NCBI GenBank assembly: GCA_964016885.1
Contig: OZ024740.1
Span: forward strand, 418,314,001-418,378,000
Length of the DNA stretch: 64,000 bases
From: Eledone cirrhosa
Lineage: Eukaryota
Reading direction: 5' to 3'
The first letter of the stretch is position 1, and every line of letters starts with the position of its first letter. Shown here piece after piece: positions 1 through 6,492 of the stretch. The notes beneath the pieces are model-generated. The model had not been told where the DNA came from, searched no databases, and saw only the letters and a list, made by a program, of their open reading frames with translations. A program made the position numbers and the translations under genes.

Positions 1-671
1 GGTTTAACCCACCATATAATATGGAGGTGGCCACACCATTAGCTAAGATCTTTCTTTCCCTTATTACGAAGCATTTTCCCCCTACACATAAATATAGTAA
101 AATTTTTAATAGAAATACTATTAAAATTTCTTACTCTACGACTCCTAGCCTTGCACATAACATCACAGCTTCAAATTTAGCTAAACTACCTAGCCGTAGG
201 AACACGTGCAACACTGTAGTTAGTACTAACTGTAATTGTAGGAATCGGGCTGATTGCCCCCTATCCGGGAAATGCCTCTCTAGTAACATTGTCTACAAAT
301 GTAAGGTTGTAACACCCACGTCCCGTAGGGCCTACATAGGGTTAACCGCCAATAGTTTCAAGCAGCGTCTTTACATGCATACCCATTCTTTTCGTTACCC
401 TCTAAGAAGGAATATGACGTCACTTTCAGCTTATATCTGGAGTCTAAAAGACAACCACACCCAATATAAGTTACACTGGGAGATCCTAGCTAGGGCTAGA
501 TCGTACAACGGAAATAAAAGACCATGTGACCTCTGCGCCGCTGAGGCCCTGGAAATACTCTACGCTACAGACCACATCTTAAACAAAAAATCTGAGGCAA
601 TTTCGGCTTGTAAACATAAATTGCACAAAACTTTCCTGTATTACAGCCCCACGTTATACCCTAACGGATAG
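1..671 (+). CDS. Penelope-like retroelement ORF, C-terminal part (post-RT linker + GIY-YIG endonuclease); 5'-partial, enters from the window edge
   Basis: Frame is open from base 3 (TTT AAC CCA CCA TAT AAT ATG = FNPPYNM, preceded by GG, fitting the WFNPPY motif of PLE proteins). It contains a Cys linker CNCRNRADCPLSGKC, a GIY-YIG core (NIVYKC...AYIGLT...FKQRLYMH), CDLCAAE and LNKKSEAISACKH. Stop TAG at 669-671. The Met at 21 is internal, not a true start. Confidence 0.9.
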   Translation, partial: FNPPYNMEVATPLAKIFLSLITKHFPPTHKYSKIFNRNTIKISYSTTPSLAHNITASNLAKLPSRRNTCNTVVSTNCNCRNRADCPLSGKCLSSNIVYKCKVVTPTSRRAYIGLTANSFKQRLYMHTHSFRYPLRRNMTSLSAYIWSLKDNHTQYKLHWEILARARSYNGNKRPCDLCAAEALEILYATDHILNKKSEAISACKHKLHKTFLYYSPTLYPNG

Positions 672-1271
672 CACGATCTATACGTGGATATTTTACGTCT
701 TGAAGTGGGAGCTAAGTATATGTTTTGTCTATTCCTTTACTTATTTGCATAGGTAAGTATATATTACCCGTATGTTTTGTGATGGTATGTATACCTTCTC
801 GTACGTATATTTGACTGTTATAGCGTATGATTTTTACATATTCTGGTATTTAGGGTTTGGCTATGTGTATACGGGAGTTTTGCGTCCGCGTGAGTGTGCA
901 AGTTCGTACGTATGGTGGGTGTGTGTATATGTGTACTTCTTGTTTTAGTTGACTTACGTCTCCGAACATTTGTGTATTTATATGTAGGTATGCGTGTGCG
1001 CTTGTTATATACGTATTTATTTACTTATATACGTTTATATAATTATTTATTTATTTGTACACAAGCATACACACACACACATATTTATATGTGCGTGGTT
1101 TTGTATACCCATGGTAAGGTTTTGCGTATGCTTGTGTATGTACGTATCTGTTTGCGTGTATGTATTTATTTGTTTCTATTACTTCTGTATTGTATTTATT
1201 TACTTTGTTCTTAACTCTGTAGCGGAGATTCATTTGGTCTCCTAGTTAGAATTTTAGTCTACGATTTCTGC

Positions 1272-1510
1272 TATACCATTTACGTGGTTTTGTCTTTGCG
1301 TGCTATTGTTCTCCACGCTCCACATATGACTTATTATCGTCGTTTTTTCGTTCATTGCCAGAGAACGTCTCTATGCACCACCTAAGAGAACATTAGTCTA
1401 CGACCTCTTTTATACCATAAACGTGGTTTTGTCTTTGCGCGTAATTGTTTTTCACCGCTCCTATTAATGACGTATTATTCGTTTTTTTCCCGTTCTTTGC
1501 CAGCGAACGT
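1272..1510 (+). repeat. Diverged tandem duplication, period ~139 bp, in the PLE 3' UTR
   Basis: TATACCATTTACGTGGTTTTGTCTTTGCGTGCTATTGTT...TTGCCAGAGAACGT (1272-1368) recurs as TATACCATAAACGTGGTTTTGTCTTTGCGCGTAATTGTT...TTGCCAGCGAACGT (1411-1510). Confidence 0.8.
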
Positions 1511-1600
1511 TACCACGAACCAAAGTATCGTCTTCCTGTCTTCCTCCGGTTGCAACGTTTTTTGAAATATCCAGTTCTGCGTTTACAGATTGACTTTGCT

Positions 1601-1651
1601 AGTTTCAGAAGATCCCGTTAAGGGTGAAAGCAGCGATTCTTTGCTTAAACT
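1601..1651 (+). ncRNA. Type I hammerhead ribozyme-like motif with variant core (CAGAAGA instead of CUGANGA)
   Basis: Stem I AGTTT(1601-05)/AAACT(1647-51); core CAGAAGA(1606-12); stem II t-CCC-gttaa-GGG-t; GAAA(1626-29); stem III GCA(1630-32)/TGC(1642-44); NUH triplet CUU(1644-46). Confidence 0.6.
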
Positions 1652-1760
1652 TTAATCTGTTATTTTAATAAATATTTGCTCTACGGTTCTTATATATTTG
1701 ATATATATTTTCCTTATCGAGCCCTCTTTGGATTTTAGTCTTCAATTTTATTATTATTAC

Positions 1761-1780
1761 TATATATATATATATATATA
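1761..1780. repeat. (TA)10 microsatellite
   Basis: Direct reading. Confidence 0.95.
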
Positions 1781-1988
1781 AAGAATGAATAATAACAGGT
1801 AGACATCATAAAAAGGTAATTTATTCCGTGTGCTTACAAGTGTTTCCACGGTGGTACTGCAGCCTAGTTATGCTACGTGCAAATTCACAAGTACTTGCAG
1901 AACTCAAATATCCAATGCTGAGACCACTGTTTCCTCAGAGCAGTGTAGTAATTAACCATTACCACATCTCGGATAATCCTATACCTAA
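1781..1988 (-). mobile_element. Short (TA)n-flanked non-autonomous fragment carrying a hammerhead motif (probable solo PLE pLTR)
   Basis: A ~200-bp unique segment between two (TA)n tracts. It has a minus-strand HHR at 1831-1942 followed by minus-strand AATAAA (TTTATT at 1820-1825). Confidence 0.5.
1831..1942 (-). ncRNA. Type I hammerhead ribozyme with long stem II
   Basis: Minus strand reads TGCT-CTGAGGA-a-ACAGTGGT-(67 nt)-ACCACCGT-g-GAAA-C-actt-GTA-AGCA. This gives stem I TGCT/AGCA, a canonical CUGANGA, a stem II base with 7/8 pairs, a minimal stem III and a GUA cleavage triplet. Confidence 0.7.
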
Positions 1989-2010
1989 TATATATATATA
2001 TATATATATA
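1989..2010. repeat. (TA)11 microsatellite
   Basis: Direct reading. Confidence 0.95.
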
Positions 2011-2128
2011 TTAATAAGAGGAATTCCAACTTTGTCTGATTTACTCGTTTTATTTACAATCCTTTAAAATATATATAATGGTATTATAATGAAATAGTAT
2101 GATAGAATATTAAATTCTAAGTGTTAAT

Positions 2129-2167
2129 TGAACAAGTACTTTCATGCTTTCGCAATCTTCAGGTTCA
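2129..2167 (-). ncRNA. Minimal type I hammerhead ribozyme (left-arm copy)
   Basis: Exact reverse complement of 2227-2265. Confidence 0.8.
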
Positions 2168-2226
2168 TGATATGTGGTGACAGTCGAGTTTGCAATTTTC
2201 ACAAACTCGACTGTCACCACATATCA

Positions 2227-2265
2227 TGAACCTGAAGATTGCGAAAGCATGAAAGTACTTGTTCA
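2227..2265 (+). ncRNA. Minimal type I hammerhead ribozyme with palindromic stem III
   Basis: Reads TGAAC-CTGAAGA-t-TGC-GAAA-GCA-t-GAAA-GTAC-T-T-GTTCA. Stem I is 5 bp (TGAAC/GTTCA), the core is canonical CUGANGA, stem II is capped by a GAAA tetraloop, stem III is the palindrome AGTACT and the triplet is CUU. Confidence 0.82.
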
Positions 2266-2427
2266 ATTAACACTTAGAATTTAATATTCTATCATACTAT
2301 TTCATTATAATACCATTATATATATTTTAAAGGATTGTAAATAAAACGAGTAAATCAGACAAAGTTGGAATTCCTCTTATTAATATAATCTTCTATACAC
2401 AATCATACACACCCGTGTATATTTACC

Positions 2428-2441
2428 TATCTATATCTATA

Positions 2442-2479
<38 letters not shown>
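2428..2479. repeat. (TATATC)/(TA)n microsatellite
   Basis: Direct reading. Confidence 0.9.
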
Positions 2480-2480
<1 letters not shown>

Positions 2481-2483
2481 TTG

Positions 2484-2655
2484 TTTCTACTTTAGGCACA
2501 AGGCCAGCAATTACCCAGTGCATTACTGGTACTTTATTTTATCGACCCCGTAAGGATGAAAGGCAAAGTCAACCTCGGCTGGATTTGAACTCAGATCGTA
2601 AAGGGACGTAACTATGCTGGAAAGCATGGCGTCCGACCCTCTACCAATACTGCCA
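2484..2655 (-). mobile_element. tRNA-derived SINE (resembles abundant Octopus SINEs; Deu/Nin-like central domain)
   Basis: Minus strand has a Pol III A box TGGCAGTATTGG (2644-2655) and B box GTTCAAATCC (2581-2590), followed by GCCGAGGTTGACTTTGCCTTTCATCCTTACGGGGTCGATAAAATAAAGTACCAG. The family is recognised from memory only. Confidence 0.78.
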
Positions 2656-2661
2656 TATATA

Positions 2662-2668
<7 letters not shown>

Positions 2669-2695
<27 letters not shown>

Positions 2696-2700
2696 CTGTG
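2669..2700. repeat. (TG)n microsatellite
   Basis: Direct reading. Confidence 0.95.
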
Positions 2701-2749
2701 TTTGCTTGTTTAGTAAAACAAAACAGTTTTAACTAGGAAAGTAGGAGTT

Positions 2750-3110
2750 ACACACATACACACACACTCGCGTACATACATATCTACACACACACACATC
2801 TACACACACACACACCTACACACACACACCTACATACACACACCTACATACATACACATCTACATATACATCTACACACACACACCTACATACATACACA
2901 TCTACACACACACACCTACATACATACACATCTACACACACACACCTTTACACACAGACACACATACACACACACCTACATACACACACAAATATACATA
3001 CACACACACTCACATACATACACATCTACACACGCACACACACACAGACACACACGCACCTACATACACACACACAAATATACAGACACACACACATATA
3101 CATAGACACA
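2750..3110. repeat. Degenerate (CA)n/(CATA)n compound microsatellite
   Basis: CA-rich tract with recurring CTACACACACACAC / CTACATACATACAC subunits. Confidence 0.9.
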
Positions 3111-3273
3111 CTTATTTCGAATGTATTGGAAATTCTAGGAATGGAATTATTCGTCGGAATTCTTGACTGCTCGTTTTTCCCTTTTATTTCTTATTCTTCC
3201 ACAAGAGGAGACACGTCTGTCCCTCTTCTTTCCATTACTCTCTTTATTTATTTATCTATTCGTCCCCCTCTCC

Positions 3274-3276
<3 letters not shown>

Positions 3277-3365
<89 letters not shown>
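3277..3365. repeat. Compound (TC)n-(TA)n microsatellite
   Basis: (TC)n at 3277-3312, then (TA)n at 3313-3365. Confidence 0.95.
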
Positions 3366-3367
<2 letters not shown>

Positions 3368-3414
3368 TGTACATAGAGCACTCATTTTTCCTTTGCTTTT
3401 CCTTTGGAATTACC

Positions 3415-3417
<3 letters not shown>

Positions 3418-3456
<39 letters not shown>
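3418..3456. repeat. (CA)n-(TA)n microsatellite
   Basis: Direct reading. Confidence 0.95.
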
Positions 3457-3527
3457 GACTATGTGTGTGTAGACTTATACGCGATTAATAGATATATTTC
3501 TTTATTTATTTATTTAATGCGGCCTAG

Positions 3528-6165
3528 CGTTCTTTGGTGTCACATTTAACCCACCGTTCTTTGGTGTCACATTTAACCCACCGTTCTTTGGTGTCACATT
3601 TAACCCACCGTTCTTTGGTGTCACATTTAACCCATCGTTCTTTGGTGTCACATTTAACTCACCGTTCTTTGGTGTCACATTTAACCCACCGTTCTTTGGT
3701 GTCACATTTAACCCACCGTTCTTTGGTGTCACATTTAACCCACCGTTCTTTGGTGTCACATTTAACCCACCGTTCTTTGGTGTCACATTTAACCCACCGT
3801 TCTTTGGTGTCACATTTAACCCATCGTTCTTTGGTGTCACATTTAACTCACCGTTCTTTGGTATCACATTTAACCCATCGTTCTTTGGTGTCACATTTAA
3901 CCCACCGTTCTTTGGTGTCACATTTAACCCACCGTTCTTTGGTGTCACATTTAACCCATCGTTCTTTGGTGTCACATTTAACCCATCGTTCTTTGGTGTC
4001 ACATTTAACTCACCGTTCTTTGGTATCACATTTAACTCACCGTTCTTTGGTGTCACATTTAACTCACCGTTCTTTGGTATCACATTTAACTCACCGTTCT
4101 TTGGTGTCACATTTAACTCACCGTTCTTTGGTGTCACATTTAACCCATCGTTCTTTGGTATCACATTTAACCCACCGTTCTTTGGTGTCACATTTAACCC
4201 ACCGTTCTTTGGTGTCACATTTAACCCACCGTTCTTTGGTGTCACATTTAACCCACCGTTCTTTGGTGTCACATTTAACTCACCGTTCTTTGGTGTCACA
4301 TTTAACCCACCGTTCTTTGGTGTCACATTTAACCCACCGTTCTTTGGTGTCACATTTAACCCATCGTTCTTTGGTGTCACATTTAACTCACCGTTCTTTG
4401 GTGTCACATTTAACTCACCGTTCTTTGGTGTCACATTTAACCCACCGTTCTTTGGTGTCACATTTAACCCACCGTTCTTTGGTGTCACATTTAACCCACC
4501 GTTCTTTGGTGTCACATTTAACTCACCGTTCTTTGGTGTCACATTTAACCCACCGTTCTTTGGTGTCACATTTAACCCATCGTTCTTTGGTGTCACATTT
4601 AACTCACCGTTCTTTGGTATCACATTTAACCCACCGTTCTTTGGTGTCACATTTAACTCACCGTTCTTTGGTGTCACATTTAACCCACCGTTCTTTGGTG
4701 TCACATTTAACCCACCGTTCTTTGGTGTCACATTTAACCCACCGTTCTTTGGTGTCACATTTAACCCATCGTTCTTTGGTATCACATTTAACTCACCGTT
4801 CTTTGGTGTCACATTTAACCCACCGTTCTTTGGTGTCACATTTAACCCATCGTTCTTTGGTGTCACATTTAACTCACCGTTCTTTGGTGTCACATTTAAC
4901 CCACCGTTCTTTGGTGTCACATTTAACTCACCGTTCTTTGGTGTCACATTTAACCCACCGTTCTTTGGTGTCACATTTAACCCACCGTTCTTTGGTGTCA
5001 CATTTAACTCACCGTTCTTTGGTATCACATTTAACTCACCGTTCTTTGGTGTCACATTTAACCCACCGTTCTTTGGTGTCACATTTAACCCACCGTTCTT
5101 TGGTGTCACATTTATCCCACCGTTCTTTGGTGTCACATTTAACTCACCGTTCTTTGGTGTCACATTTAACCCACCGTTCTTTGGTGTCACATTTAACCCA
5201 CCGTTCTTTGGTGTCACATTTAACTCACCGTTCTTTGGTGTCACATTTAACCCACCGTTCTTTGGTGTCACATTTAACCCATCGTTCTTTGGTGTCACAT
5301 TTAACTCACCGTTCTTTGGTGTCACATTTAACCCACCGTTCTTTGGTGTCACATTTAACCCACCGTTCTTTGGTGTCACATTTAACCCACCGTTCTTTGG
5401 TGTCACATTTAACTCACCGTTCTTTGGAGTCACATTTAACCCACCGTTCTTTGGTGTCACATTTAACCCACCGTTCTTTGGTGTCACATTTAACTCACCG
5501 TTCTTTGGTGTCACATTTAACCCACCGTTCTTTGGTATCACATTTAACTCACCGTTCTTTGGTGTCACATTTAACTCACCGTTCTTTGGTGTCACATTTA
5601 ACCCATCGTTCTTTGGTGTCACATTTAACTCACCGTTCTTTGGTGTCACATTTAACCCACCGTTCTTTGGTGTCACATTTAACCCACCGTTCTTTGGTGT
5701 CACATTTAACTCACCGTTCTTTGGTGTCACATTTAACCCACCGTTCTTTGGTGTCACATTTAACTCACCGTTCTTTGGTGTCACATTTAACTCACCGTTC
5801 TTTGGTGTCACATTTAACCCACCGTTCTTTGGTGTCACATTTAACCCACCGTTCTTTGGTGTCACATTTAACCCACCGTTCTTTGGTGTCACATTTAACC
5901 CACCGTTCTTTGGTGTCACATTTAACCCACCGTTCTTTGGTGTCACATTTAACCCACCGTTCTTTGGTATCACATTTAACTCACCGTTCTTTGGTGTCAC
6001 ATTTAACTCACCGTTCTTTGGTGTCACATTTAACCCACCGTTCTTTGGTGTCACATTTAACCCATCGTTCTTTGGTGTCACATTTAACCCACCGTTCTTT
6101 GGTGTCACATTTAACCCACCGTTCTTTGGTGTCACATTTAACCCACCGTTCTTTGGTGTCACATT
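3528..6165. repeat. 27-bp minisatellite, ~98 copies, consensus CGTTCTTTGGTGTCACATTTAACCCAC
   Basis: 2638 bp / 27. No indels seen. Three recurrent variants (GGTGTC/GGTATC, AACCCA/AACTCA, CCACCG/CCATCG) and two singletons (5115, 5428). Confidence 0.98.
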
Positions 6166-6199
6166 GTATTCGAAGCTATTACATAAGTTTTAATGTCGT

Positions 6200-6492
6200 A
6201 AGTAACTGCTTGATAAAGAGAGAGAAGTTTATTCGACATAAATGAAACTTCAAGGCCAGTCCTCTTCGTGGTCCCGGGAACAGGATAGAGAAAACATTGC
6301 CTCGGAGGGCGGTGAGCGACACACTGGAACAGCCACGCCACCTCATGGAGCTCGCACTTGCGGGTAGCCAACTCCATTCCGATAGCAGTGATCAGGGTTG
6401 TGATCCGGGGAGCCAAGAACGCCGGAAGTCTCCACTGCCACAGTCTCAACAACAAATCTCTCAGAGAGCAGCCGATACTTTAACAGTTTCAT
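6200..6492 (-). mobile_element. Degenerate 3' fragment of an RLE-type (CRE-like) non-LTR retrotransposon, two frameshifts
   Basis: Minus-strand conceptual translation: MKLLKYRLLSERFVVETVAVETSGVLG (6492-6412), frameshift, PRITTLITAIGMELATRKCELHEVAWLFQ, frameshift, VSLTALRGNVFSIL (6322-6281). This matches the KxxKY...F.P.AVET.G..G...WLFQRLSLA..RGNA..IL C-terminus of RLE-clade elements. Minus-strand AATAAA at 6228-6233. Confidence 0.8.

Larger units (their letters stand above)
1..1760 (+). mobile_element. 3' portion of a Penelope-like element (ORF end, long T-rich 3' UTR/pLTR with hammerhead motif), ending at (TA)n
   Basis: GIY-YIG ORF, then ~1.1 kb of non-coding tail with an HHR-like motif at 1601-1651, AATAAA at 1667-1672 and (TA)10 at 1761-1780. 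The exact 3' boundary is inferred. Confidence 0.72.
2007..2387. mobile_element. Perfect long palindrome (186-bp arms, 9-nt spacer); probable inverted PLE pLTR pair / foldback element
   Basis: 2007-2192 is the reverse complement of 2202-2387; spacer CAATTTTCA at 2193-2201. Each arm carries a minimal HHR and a downstream AATAAA (2340-2345 on +). Confidence 0.85.

Noticed and set aside
894-1245. Three overlapping short ORFs rich in Y/V/C/I
   Set aside because: Translations of low-complexity TG/TA-rich PLE 3' UTR; no recognisable domain.
1828-2067. 79-aa ORF
   Set aside because: GTG start, runs through a (TA)n tract and across two unrelated cassettes; better explained by the minus-strand HHR.
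2581-2655. tRNA gene
   Set aside because: A and B boxes are present but no cloverleaf could be drawn, and it is fused to a SINE body; it is a SINE head.
3126-3458. ORFs with SLSL/YIYI/THTH runs
   Set aside because: Microsatellite translations.
3514-6245. 882-aa (-) and 903-aa (+) ORFs as real genes
   Set aside because: They are by-products of a stop-free 27-bp unit, open in several frames. Neither has an ATG start at the listed position or a unique domain. Only the synonymous-variant oddity is kept, as a low-interest finding.
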